A stretch of DNA of 64,000 nucleotides from Azolla caroliniana (Eukaryota > Plantae > Polypodiophyta): assembly GCA_043228905.1 (NCBI GenBank), contig JBHGNT010000017.1, forward strand, positions 15,748,001-15,812,000, given 5' to 3'. Shown piece after piece: positions 24,933-38,600 of this stretch (the first letter of the stretch is position 1; every line of letters starts with the position of its first letter). The notes beneath the pieces were generated by a model that saw only the letters and a list, made by a program, of their open reading frames with translations, did no database searches and was not told where the DNA came from. The translations under genes and the position numbers were made by a program.

Positions 24933-27900
24933 CTAGATAGTTCGAGTCATGGGGGGGGTTCAAACAAAGACATTAATGAAAGTATTTCGAGATATATCTC
25001 CGATGAAGCGAATACACCAAAGCTTCTAGAACACTCTAACTCACCTGTATGGGACAAAAGTATGATTTCAAAGAAAACATAGTTTAGTACAAAATACCAT
25101 AATTGACAATATTCTCTTTTATACCCTTCCCGATTCCTCTTTCTGCTAATGAAGCGTTATTAATTGGTACTTCGAGAAGAAAAAAGGTTTTATGTAGTGA
25201 TGTCTCTTTTTTTATTGCTATAATTGATATTACTTATCAAGTTATCAACTGGTTCTTCCTGGCCGACCAGGTCTCTATAGGAAAGAATTCCAGATCAATA
25301 ACTTCCATTCAAGCGCACCCCTGCCCACCGGCGGGATTCTTCCATGCTGGTGTGTGCAGATATCAATGATATCTCTAAAAATAATCTGAAGTAGGTGAGT
25401 ACTAGATCTGTGTGTAAAATAATGAAGTATTCTACATTTTAGAACTGCCGTTTTTTAAAATTTGACGTATTCTACGTATTTAACAAGTATTTATCATTTC
25501 AAAAAAGTTTAATTTTTTTAAAATTTTTGTATTATTTTTTTTTTGAAAAAAACTTTAAATTTTATGAAGTATTTAATGTATTTTACAAGTATTCGACACG
25601 TAAACTACGTATTTTATCTATAAAATACGTATTCTAAGGATTTTAAAAAAAAGTTAGAATACTTAGCATACGTATTCTACACATATTTTATGCTAAGTAT
25701 TCTACAACAATGCCACATATACACTTAACATCCTAAGTATTGTATATATCATGGCATGTGTAGTATTGGAACCTATAGTACATGTTATTGGTGAATGAGA
25801 CATTGATCCTTTCTTAATGTCAGATCCTTTGCATCATCTCCCAAAGTCTTGGTCCTGCTCAAGTTGAACTAGATAGAGGTGACTTTATTGCACCTTGTAA
25901 TTCGGTATTGCAAACATATCAAGGATTTCTTGTACGTATTTTTTCTTAGATGTAAATATGTCCCCGTCCATTTGGTACTCCTTTAGTCAAGAGTCCCATA
26001 GTACGTAAAATTCGTGTTCGTCTGGCATAACATTTGTTTTCCTACATTGGAAAAGGAATGCAAATGTTATTCTAATATTCTTGTGTGTTTTTTTTGTTTT
26101 TTCCCATTTTTTAGGCTTATTTACCTCATAATAAATAGTTAATCCAAAAGTATGGTATTTATCATTCTTTGAGGGTGTTTTTCTTACGCGAATGATTGAA
26201 ACATTCACAAATGCGAATGCACGTATGGTTCTTACTATGGGACTCAAGACAATACTATGGGGGGCAAAATATTTTGTTGACATGGTATTCATACGAAATG
26301 TGGATTGACAGAACCATAATCTTCGCTCACCTTGATAAGTGTAGGATTGGTCGTTTGCTCTATCACTTTCCACTCAAATGAATAACATGTTTGTATTGCC
26401 TTCAGCATTGGGTTTAACAAAGAATATGAAGTGAGCATTTTAATTGGGATACTTTGATGTCATCTCATGTATCAAATGGTAATTAATAGTTGTGCTCACT
26501 ATATCCTTAGCATAACAACTTGGGAAGGGTCCAGACTTATTGACATCCTTTATGTATTCTCTAAAATACCTTTATATTCTTTCATAAATTATCATGCAAC
26601 ATTGAGATTAATAATTGCAATACGAAATAATTAATTAATTATGAAAAGCCTTCATCATTATATAGATGATGAAGGATCCTCTGTTCATTAAAATTTGGAA
26701 CATCGAAGGTATTGTTTGGATTCATGAACACCTAGAGCACATTTAGATAAGTCAAAGAACGGTGATTGTTAAGTCTTAGGATTAAAGTTGCCACGAGGGG
26801 AAATGGTCGGTCCTACATGCTCTCTAGAGAGAAACAGTAATGAATATGGGACCATCATGAAGGACATGATCCAAGCAAAAAGTCTCAATATCCAAACAAA
26901 GGGTAAAGAACATCAATAACATATACAGAAGTAAGGTTTGTAGGTGATACAAACTTTTATTTCAAATCATAAGCATGTGCACGATCGTACAACGATGATG
27001 ACATGTAAATAGCCCTTTCTACCTCACCCATAAAAGGCGACGAAATACATTCAAATAAGGTGGAACATGGACACAACACACACTCTCTTTCTCTCTATGT
27101 ATGTGTGTGTGTGTGTCTACCCCCACACCCCCCCCCCTCTCCATGTGATCATAGGGCATGCATATAGATATTATTAGGTGGTGGGAAGCCACCCTAACCA
27201 AACTTAAATGTTGGTTTCCTTCTAGTTAGAGCTTGTACAATATTTTTCTAGTATTGTATTCACACTTGTCATTCAAGATACTCCCGGATGGAGACTTTAT
27301 ATGCTAAAGCAAATGTGAATGCATTGCCTTTATACATCATATAAGAGACTTTAGGCATTCCCATAAATGATTGGTTTTAACATTCTAGCGGTAAATCTTG
27401 TCTCATCATTAAGGGTGTGGGTTCAAGTCTAAAATTAATATTTTGTGTTTAACAAAATATTTTCCATAGTTAAACATGCGGTGAGTAGTCATGTTCAAAT
27501 AAAAGACATTTCACAAGTTTGAGATCATGCACAGTAATAATTTCCTTACAACCATCAAATGGCTTTACAACATGGAGAGTTGCATTATTTTTTTATACAC
27601 ATTGATAGAAATACGTAGCCTCACGTTTGAAAATACTATGCTAACAAAGAATCAATTTAAAAGTTTAGAAATAATGGGTGACTCTTTCAAGTGTCGACTT
27701 TATATTTAGTTCATTTATGGTAAGATACCTATGAATTTCGGCTAGCGATATTATTTCAAAAACCTCGATAATAAAGAATGGCGTACAATTTCCTAGTATA
27801 TTCGTTTGCCGAAAACCCCCACCTAATCATGTAACACCCATTTATGACTCGAAGGTCAAGCCTATTATGGTTCCAAGTCTCAATCAATGACCCAGAGGTT

Positions 27901-28636
27901 GTGGGTTGGAACCCAAATCATTGGGTATCGGGGGTTCGAGGCTAATGATATGTTTAGTCAAGCACATGGGGAGAGTTTCTTTACGGTCATCCGAATGAGT
28001 TGGTGATTAACGGATGTTCATTAACCCATCAAGGATTTATTACACTAACTACAAGAATTGGGCTACGTTTTTGACACTAGTAACCCATGGGTTGTTTCCA
28101 ACACTTCCCAAAATGGATATTACCCGCTAGAAAGGATCGTTTAGAAAACCCCAAAAGCAAAATGTGATTTGGGGGTATGCTTGGGAATTCCAACATTTCC
28201 TATAACACCATAATATACAATATTGCTATGTTTGTTCGAGCATTCAGGTGGGATGGCCAGAATTGTTTCTTGAGGAGGCCCAGATAAAAAAAGGCCACAT
28301 TTTCGGGAAGTTTCGACACTTTTCTCTCGGCTCGACAAGTCGCACCTCGCCCCATTCATTGATTGAATGAATGAACGAACAAGCTTTCTCATTCATTTTT
28401 TTACTTTGTAAATTACACTTTTGTCCCAAACAAATAGCTTCACAAATACATACTAATAATACGTTTTGTATCTCTCTCTCTCTCTCTCTCTCTCATTATT
28501 AACATTTAAAGACAAAACAAGGAAGAAGGCGAGGTGATTAGCATTAATCACGTCTCCTAATGCTCCCTTAATCACCCATCAACACTAATCCTTCCCTCAT
28601 CGCCCCATTGTGTTTCCTTTCTCCTCTCTACCATTG

Positions 28637-28665
28637 ATGAAGCTTGTGGAGATACTTAATTCCAG
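28637..28665 (+). CDS. ABCG exon 1 (MKLVEILNS)
   Basis: ATG then CAG|GTACC donor; phase fits the acceptor at 28818. Confidence 0.6.
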
Positions 28666-29643
28666 GTACCCAACCTCTCTACTCTTACACACAGAAGCAT
28701 TTCCATTTCAAGTGACTGATTTGTGTATATATGTGTGTGTGTGTGTTGGGCGATTAGGGTTTTCATTAGTGAGACAATTAAGACTAATCTGATGATCTTT
28801 GCAAATCAATTTGTGCAGGCCAGATGATGTGTCTAGCTGGCAAAGTTCACAACACATTGAAGGAAAGGAGACAAGTAATGTTATACTGATAGAGAAGGCA
28901 GAAATTCATGAGATGGAGGAGGGCATTGGTGATATAGTTAAGGAGGAGGATGAAGAAATGGGGGGGGAGAATGCCAAGGTCCCGAGGGGAATCATCGATA
29001 GACATGGGTCGGAAGTGTCGGCCAAGGACCTCGGAATCATGGATAGAGATGGGTCGAATGTGTGCGCCAACATGGATGGGCTAGATGTGGTGCTCACATG
29101 GGTCGATCTCACGGTCGAGGTGATGGCCGGCAGCTCGATATGGCCAGGATCGAATCCTAGGAAGAAAGCCGAGAATTCCCATCCGGACAATGTGAAGGTG
29201 GTCCTAGGTGGGCTCAGTGGGTATGCCGAGAGTGGCCAAGTGACGGGCGTGATGGGTCCTTCGGGATCCGGGAAGTCGACACTCCTTCACGCATTGTGTG
29301 GTCGCTTGCCGCCCAATGCCCTCCAGACTTCGGGCATTGTCCGCCTCAACGGCCTCGAGCACAAGCGGCTCACATTCGGCCTCGCGGTAAACTCATTTTA
29401 CCTCTCTCTCTCTCTCTCTCTCTTGGTGAAAACACACAATTATATTTAAAATAAATATGTGTGAAAAACCCTACTTACAATGGGTGTCACAATAGAGTAT
29501 GGTCACCCACTACCTACATGGGTAGTGGATCATGTTAGAATTCCCAATAGGCAAGACCAACATTCTACTCAGGAAAGAATTTCCACATTTTCCAATAAAG
29601 AAATTTGTCATATTAGTACTCCCTTCAACTTTAGCAAGACATG

Positions 29644-29678
<35 letters not shown>

Positions 29679-32600
29679 CTCTCAATCTAGACATTCCACT
29701 ATTTTCCAACTATGCTCTAGAATAGTAGAAACACGAGAAAGGTAACTCAATGCCTTGGTTGATAGGAGCCCTATGCACGCTTGTCTTTGTATGGTTGCTA
29801 CCCTTTCGCAATCTTATTATAAGTTGTTAAAAAGATTAAGCACATGATTGATTACGCTCACATCATTACAAAAATAAATCTAGCCATAATAGTCTTTACT
29901 ATGGTATCATATACACTCTTTTGTCATGATTGAGTTTAGATGCCAACTTGTAATTGTCAAGGAACACATGTACGTGTGCACACACACAAAAGTGCAAATA
30001 CACACAAGTTTATGAAGCTTGGATATGAAGAAGAAATTTTGGCACCTTGGTTGATATACCAATTATATGTTTTCGTTAAATGGCCATGCATGTTGATGTA
30101 GGGTGACAACTTGCATTGCATGTTGATAAGGGATGGCAGCTTATATTGCATGTTGATATCCAATGGCAAGCTCCATTGACAAAAGTATTGACATTGCATC
30201 TACTTGAAATATGACAAATAAGTCAAAAATGGCTTCCAAGGCTTGTCAATTTATCATACAAGGAAGTTGCAAAGGAATAATGCCTATGCCAATGAGCCAT
30301 TTATTGTAACATGTTGATGATGAGTCAAAAAGTCCTCAACTTAAGTTATGAAAGTAATATTACGAGTTCTACAAAAAGTTGATTATTGGATATTATTGTA
30401 TAAAATCATAGGTTTTAATGTGGACTCAGTTACATATATAGAGATGGAGTAAGATTGGAGCTATTGGCATGATCAATGGACTTGACATTTGTTACTATAG
30501 GGTTTGCTATCAATGGCTATCAAGTTACTGTCTCATTAACTACTCCATCCACAATCAATTGTTTAGTCATTTTATTATTTAATAAACATAGCCCTATATG
30601 TCACCCACTCATTGGGTGTGCAAAAATGATAGTGGTTGTCTATTAACTTTGCACAATCCTCCATCGAGCACTTGCCTTGATCACAATTTAATTATTGATT
30701 GCAACACGCATAAAATGAATTTCAAAACCAAGTTTCTAAACTGTAGCATGTTCAAATATAATTTTAATTACTTGTTCTCACACCACATTAGGAGATGGCA
30801 CTTGAGAAAGGTATTGTGTGAAGACTTGGAAAATAGTACCCCTAATTATGAAGTGGCCTAAAGCCTAGATGGAGTACGTCAAATATGGTCACCTATCACA
30901 TGATTTTGTATATAGTTTGTATTATCCATATTTTATGTCTTTTATGTTTATGTTTGTATTCTATATTTTACTCTCTTGGGATTTGTTAATGTTGTTTTAC
31001 ATAATATGGTATAGTGTTCGGTATTTTAATATTAATATGTATCACATTATGACACTGTGGAAGGGTCCTTACTCCCCACACATGACTTAAGAAGCTTAGA
31101 AGCCAAATTTACTTTGCAAGAGTTTGAAAAGGTGGGTTGATGGATGTTGGAATGTAGTAGTGGAATCAAAATGATATCTCTATCCTTGTTTTCTTTATCC
31201 GTGTAAATTGTAAAATATATTAACTAAACATGGGTACACACGCTTGTGGACTAGGATTATATTTGTGTTTGAACATTGGTAATAATTTGATAGCTCCTTA
31301 TCCTTGAAAATAAGCCATGTAGGAGTTAGTTTCGATCAAGAACTAGAAGTAATACCTTGTTTAACATTGGTATTAATGGTTTACCGCTACCTAAAAATAT
31401 CAACTTGCATATTCTACTACCACAAGGAAATTGAGGCCCACTAGGGAAGAAAGCTACCACTATTTTATAGTGGTAAGTATTGCACCAACCAAGCATGCTA
31501 ACACTCATGTAATCCAATTCAATACTTTGTAATATTCTTTCTTTCTGTTCATTTGTTTTTGTAGGCATATGTAGCACAAGAAGAGGATTTGATAGGAACA
31601 TTAAGTGTGTGGGAAAGTGTATGGTTCTCTGCCCAATTGCGGTTGCCTGACAACATGACAATAGAAGACAAGCGTGTAGTGGCAAGGTCGGCATTGCAAG
31701 AGATGGGTTTGGAGTCTTGTGCCGATACACCTGTTGGAAATTGGCACTTACGTGGTATAAGTGGTGGGGAACGTCGACGCCTAAGTATTGCACTAGAGCT
31801 TCTCCTTCGACCTCAACTCCTTTTTCTTGATGAGCCAACAACTGGCCTTGATAGGTACTTTCAATGCTTTTTTTGGTGTTTTCTGACATTGATGATTGTG
31901 TAATGATACATATCTATCCATGAGTATGATCTACAATACCACAACTATATCCTTAGACTCGTTATTTTGGTCATAAGCTCAAAAGTCACACCATTTATAA
32001 CTAGAAGAAATGGTGGAACGACAAAAAATGAGGAGCATGAAATTTGATTGGTGCACGAGAAACAAGGTGCTTGTCTTTCTAGTGAAGTATGTCCACATAT
32101 GAAAGACATTAATTAAAGAGCAAGGATTCATGACACATAATGTTTCGAGTATAAAAACTTGAAGGAGGTTGTAAACTTGGGGTGTTGTTAGCACCCACCG
32201 AAGATGCCTCTTGATTGCTAATTGAAGAGTCTTTAAACTTTGGACTCTCAAATATGACCATGAGGAACCCTTGAGTCACATGAATGTGCGTGCGTGCGTG
32301 TGCACGTGTGTGTGGATCTAGGGTGATTAGGATGTTGTACATGAACCAATAGTCCTATGGATGGATTCAATATTATGGTTAGAAAAATGTGAGATTTTTG
32401 TTAGAGACGCAACTTTATGGAAAGGTCCTAATATTGGATTGGACATAGAGAATCACATGATATTTTTAGGCACGACTCTTAGACATTGCTCAAGTGATGG
32501 TTCAATCAATGTCCTCCTTCCCCACTACATTCAAATGTGGATAGAGTTTTACCTTTCGCATGTTCAATTTGGGTTCTTGTTAAAACAAAGGAAATACAAA

Positions 32601-35600
32601 AGGAGTTGATGAGGCCACATGAAAAAGAAAGGAAGTACAATCAAACACAGAAGCTTATATGTGTATCATCCCCATTATAGTCATTAGCACCTCATGTATC
32701 GATGTGGGAGATATTGGTACATATGTCATTCACGATAGCTCTAATTTTGTATTAAAAACTGTAAACATAGCTAATAATATGCCATAATTTAGATGTATTG
32801 TGTCAAATTATTTGTTAATGTGGCTACAATATGAGTTATTACCGACAACCGTGTTGCATTTGAATGGGCATAATGAAATAATGTAAAAGCAAAAATGTAA
32901 CAAACATGTGATTAGTTTCTCAACAAAGAGTAATTCAACAACACACTTACTATAAACTAGTTTTGGGGCAAGAAACCACCTTGAGTTTCTCTCTACTTCA
33001 CCTTCTCATGCCAAATAACCATGGTCAACCCTTGAAAAGAGATCATAAGGGAAAAAAGGATTGGGTATAATTGCTTGAATAGCATATATAGTCAAGAAAA
33101 ACCAAGAGAAATTGCCATGATCTCTTTGCCCGAGAGTAGTGTATTTGCGGGGGACAAACACACTTGTAGTTTGTAGGTTTTCCCTATTATAATAATGATG
33201 ATGGAATTATGAAAACAAATACCATGATCAATTCCAAAAATATATTTTAGAGAGTGTGAAATGTCTCATCATATTTTTTAAGGATTTATGACTTATTTTT
33301 TATAATGCCATTGGATTGTGAATTTGCAGTGCTTCTGCATTTGCTGTAATGCACACATTGAGCAATTTAGCAATGAGTGGGCGTACAATTATAACAACAA
33401 TCCATCAACCGAGTAGTGAAGCCTTTGAATTGTTGGATAGACTACTCTTACTCTCGAACGGTCAAACAATCTTCTTTGGTCCAAGAGATGAAGCTTGCAA
33501 TGTAATGTCACTCTCTATATGAACACATACATGTCTCTAATGGAAAAAAGAAAAGACAATATTTACATTGTTTTACAATGTACATTATTAAACTTGAGGT
33601 TTTGTTTGTATCAACATTGTGTTCTAGACAAAGAAATGAAGATATCATGATCCCATGTACATGGGCTAGAATAAATTTCACTTAGTTGAGGAGCGATCAG
33701 ATCACGGATATAGTTCATTTAACTTTGCTTGGTGAAGAACATGGTATTCATTCATAACTTTTATTCAATGACACTTTTAGTTCTTTATCATGCATTAGTG
33801 CTCTATTTAGTTTTGTACTCGCAAGAAAAAATGTTGTATGACTTTCTTCAACCTTTTGTTGGACTAACTATAATCAATTATGTTCATGCAGTTCTTTGCC
33901 TCTTCAGGTTTCCCTTGTCCATATCGACGTAACCCTGCAGATCATTATTTGCAATGCATCAATGCAGATTTTGATCAAATGAAATCCTACATTACCAACC
34001 CGGTAAGAAGTTTTGTGAAAATGATTTGACGAATAGAAGTGTTGAGATTAACAAAAATATTGTTGCAGACAAGTCCATTGGAGCATAATAAGACGACAAC
34101 AATTATCAAAACCCTTCTTGATTCATATCGCGATTCTCAATATGCACCCATCGCGATATCCAAAGCTCAAGAGTTGGTCTCCCAAGGAGTGAGTAGAATA
34201 TAATATCTAAATATTGAATAGACACTAAGTTTACACCATCACAATACACTTTCAAACCTTTAGATTGAGAAAGTATAACACAAGTTATCAAAGTAAAAGA
34301 TATTATCTATAAATTGAAAATTTACTAAATTTACACAATCACAAACACCATTTAAAACCTTTTTGATGATGATGTTATAACAAACGTCGGGTCTTAAACT
34401 CATATATACTAAGAAAAGATAGATTTAGAATTATCCAATCAATTAGTTTACATAATCTATCTTCAACAATCTTCCATGAGCATTTTACGCTATGTGCCTA
34501 CTCCATATACATGGTTGGACCTATTATAGTAAAAGTATAACTGGATAAGAAACACTTCCAAAAGGCTAAACATGAATATCCATATTTTTATAACACTAGT
34601 ATTTCTCTCCTTCTTCGAAAGGAAAGGTTACTCTATACTGTGAATAAGTAGTGAATAGAGTTTTGCAAAGGATGAAGTGTGTATATGTAGTGTATATACC
34701 TATTTGGATTGGGGATATTGAGTATGATTCTACACCAATTTCATCATCATCTATTAGAGATGTTAACGTTGAGAATATAATGCCACAGATGTTGGCATGT
34801 ATAGGTTTATGTGGACTAAGTCATGTATCGTAGACATCCTTGTAAATTCGTTGACCCATGTATTGTATGGAGGATCCGAGAACATTTAGGTTTAAGGGTT
34901 TTTTATTCCAAATAACATAGGGTTACCAACTTCAAGTGTGGTATACATGGTTCCTCACGATCTTAAAATGTTGCCACACATGTTCTACGTAACAAAAAAG
35001 TGCTCTAAGCTATCATGCACAGTCAATGATATCTAAAGCATTCTAACCACCTTAGTCATCATATCAACATAAAAGTTAGGACATAAACTTTTGTAATTGG
35101 AGAAAAGGTACAAAAAAACGATCAAAAGAAGACAAGGGTTCAAGAAAAGATTTTTCCTTACCCTATTTTTATACATGCTCCGCATTTGAGCATAATTTTG
35201 TAAGGAAAACAAGTTTTAACACTATATCTGTCCTCCACTAACCAAAACTCTACTCCATCTTCAATTAAAATTGTGAAAGGCCTCCTTATTTATAATGAAC
35301 TACCAACATCGAACTATAACTTTTAATCTTGCAATCTCGATCCATATGCCCCAATTTTCCATAGTAATGGCATCTTTTCTAAATAAAGCCTCGTTTGCTT
35401 TTTTGCTCTTCTCTCTATCTAATCTAGCAAAGAATGTGGAATCTTTATTCAATTATTTACACCTTATTTGGATCTCTTCCTCTTAAAAGTAACAATAAAA
35501 ACTCCTTGAAGGAGAGTGAATGATTCCACCCTTATGTGGTCAATATCATGACCAAAATATCCTAGTTTAAATGTAGATCATGGATACAACATTGCAATTA

Positions 35601-38600
35601 TAACTAAGTGCCTAACTTTACCAATCCGATGGTTGATATTTGATCATGAAGATGTCTTATCCTCGAGATAAACACATTGACCTTCTCATATTCTCCATAC
35701 ACTTCAAGAAAAATTGATTCTATAGTTTTGGATCATGGTTTCATTTTTTATTCTTAGTGACTTGAAAGGATCCTCCACATATCAAGCACCTTAAATATAT
35801 GATGAACCAACATCATCATGAAATCAATTGCCCCCAAGAAAATTGGATACAAAGTATATTCAATGCAACTTTTCCATGCTAGAAATTCCTTCATACTTGT
35901 AGTAATCACTACCATTACACTTAGATTTATTAGTCCCATCAATTCAATGTATAGTTTGCATATGGTTTCCAAAGGCCCATATAAGTCCAACGTAGTGGAC
36001 ATTTTGAACTTCAACAATGTGTAGTTCATCCTAATAAACTTCCCCATTGACATCACTAGAAGTTGTAGTGTCACTCTACTAGGAGTATCACTTCCACTTG
36101 CATTACTTATCTTCTTTTACACTACCCTAGAAACCTTCAACCGTAGGAATACCTCCTCCCTCATATCTCTTGTAGCTATCTTCTGTTGAACCTCAAATCC
36201 CCGATACTAATTTAACTTGTAGAAAATAACGAAGTAAGCACAAGATTGACACAATAAAGCATATAATTACTAGAGAACAAATATATGTTTGTAATTAATC
36301 ATAGCGCTCTTGCAACAAGGACTGCTACAACTCATGCACTCTTAAGTGAGTAGAAAAGAATACTTTAGGAAGCAAAGTGGAAGACTAGCCCAAGAATACA
36401 TTCTATGGTTCCTTATTATTCAATAGGTTTCTCATTCCAATAGGTGGCCTATCTACCATAACCTTTCCATGGATTACATATGTTCTTGTTGTTGGTATAA
36501 AGTTCATTTTATGATTTTGAGCAACATTGCTATTAAATGTAGTACGTTATCTTTGGACAACATCTTTTTGAATGTTTCTAAAAAAGTAGCTTACTACATA
36601 ATCTCTATCCTAATGTTGTAATCCTTGTCACTCCATTCTTCAACTAATAGAATGTTGGCATACTCATGTGAGTTTTGAGCGGCCCACCATAGTATTTTAA
36701 GCATCAAAACTTCTAAAAAGATAAGAAGTTTTGGATGGCAATTTACCACGTGAGAAAGTAGCCACTTTCCCAAAGTATATTTCCTTACATGATATTCAAC
36801 TTTATTAGCTTCTGCATGTGATATGCGTTCCACCCCCCCTTAGCTAGGTATGCTCCATCATGTGTGAGTAAAGTTCATCAAAACTCATAAGGTAGATCTT
36901 TATCAACAATGTGGGAATCACATAATGATAGTTTTTTTGCAAGGAACTAATTTTAATGGTAAGTCCTAAAGAGCAATAAATAATTAATTAAGTCCTAGAA
37001 GTTAATAACTAATCAACTTCTCATGATGTTAAATCCTAAAGGGCAATGCGGAACTATATAAGCAAAATATGTAAGACTTGTTGTGGAATGACATTCTTTA
37101 GGAACAACATGAACTAGTCAAAATTAATGAAGCTAGTGCATGGTCAAATTTGGTACATTATAATGTGCTTATTATTAATGTTTAATGTAGAGTGGAAGTG
37201 TGCCAAAATCATGTGGCTCCCAAGCAAGCTTCAAGAACCAAGTTGTCATCTTAACAAAAAGGTGCTTCATCAACATGGCTCGTGATGCAGGCTACTATCG
37301 CCTACGTTTCCTCGTCTACATCCTTGTGAGCTTGTGTGTGGGTTCCGTCTACTATAACGTGGGCACTAGCTATCACGCATTGCTGGTAAATTTGTAAACT
37401 ATTTTAAATAAGGCACCATCAATGGATATTACTTTACTAGTATTTACAATATATATGTGTTTGAATACATTCATTTTTAATCCTTAATGTAGGCTAGAGG
37501 ATCATGCGGAGCTTTTGTTTTTGGATTTATGACCTTTATGTCGATTGGTGGATTCCCTTCCTTCATTGAAGACATGAAGGTAATTTTAATCGATCATGCT
37601 ATTGGTCCTAGAATCTACTATTATTTACTTAGCCATTGAAATGGGTTTAATTTTATTTCATCATCCATAATGTGAATATAGGTGTTTCATAAGGAAAGAT
37701 TAAACGGACATTATGGAGTACTAAGCTTCGTTTTAGCTAACTCTATTTCTTCAATACCCTTCATATTTGTTATATCTCTTGTTTCTGCCACAATATGCTA
37801 CTTCATGGTTCGTTTGCACCCTGGCTTCGAGCATTATGCCTACTTTACACTCGTACTTTTTTGCGGCGTCCTTATTGTCGAGGGCCTAATGATGACCATT
37901 GCAAGCATTGTCCCAAATTTTCTTATGGGAATCATCACTGGAGCTGGTGTTCAGGTACCATTCTTGTATAGTCATCAAAATATAACTCTTAAATTAATCT
38001 AACATAAGGTAATTACTAATGCATTGTTCATACATGCTTTACATCCATAAGGGTGCCATGTAAAGAAGGTTCTTAATATTAGAACAAGAAAGTTCATACA
38101 AACACGAAATTGTAACTTGCCCTTGAATGCACTTGCATGATGACAATAAAATGAGATTAAGGCATTCATTCAATTAAGCTATGGGCATTGGTTACAAATT
38201 GATGAATAGTCAGCCCCCACAACAAACATAGAAAATATTATTTTCACAATGCATTATATTAGTAAATTGGTGCCCTCAAACAAAGGTAGGAAATGCCAAA
38301 ACAATATTTACAACAAGGTCACATTAGAACCAATGTCACGAGAGGCATTACAAACAAATGAGATCATATGAGAGAAAATCTAAACAAAGGATATAGATTG
38401 GAAGTTGATTACACAAAATTCTCCTCACTATGAGTAGTCTAGAATATCCATGATACCCCAACATCTATCCACACCAAAATGCCAAGAGACAAAAGAGACT
38501 TTCTAAATTTCTGAGCAGGGAACTGTAAGTGTAGATGTTGGGTTATTTTGTGAAAGAAAGTATTTTATGGGAGGGAACAAGTCCCAGACAATACTTTTTG

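Noticed and set aside
30085-30190. Three copies of a 30-bp repeat in ABCG intron 2
   Set aside because: Ordinary degenerate minisatellite with no further structure.
31326-31889. 187-aa minus-strand ORF
   Set aside because: Antisense shadow of ABCG exon 3.
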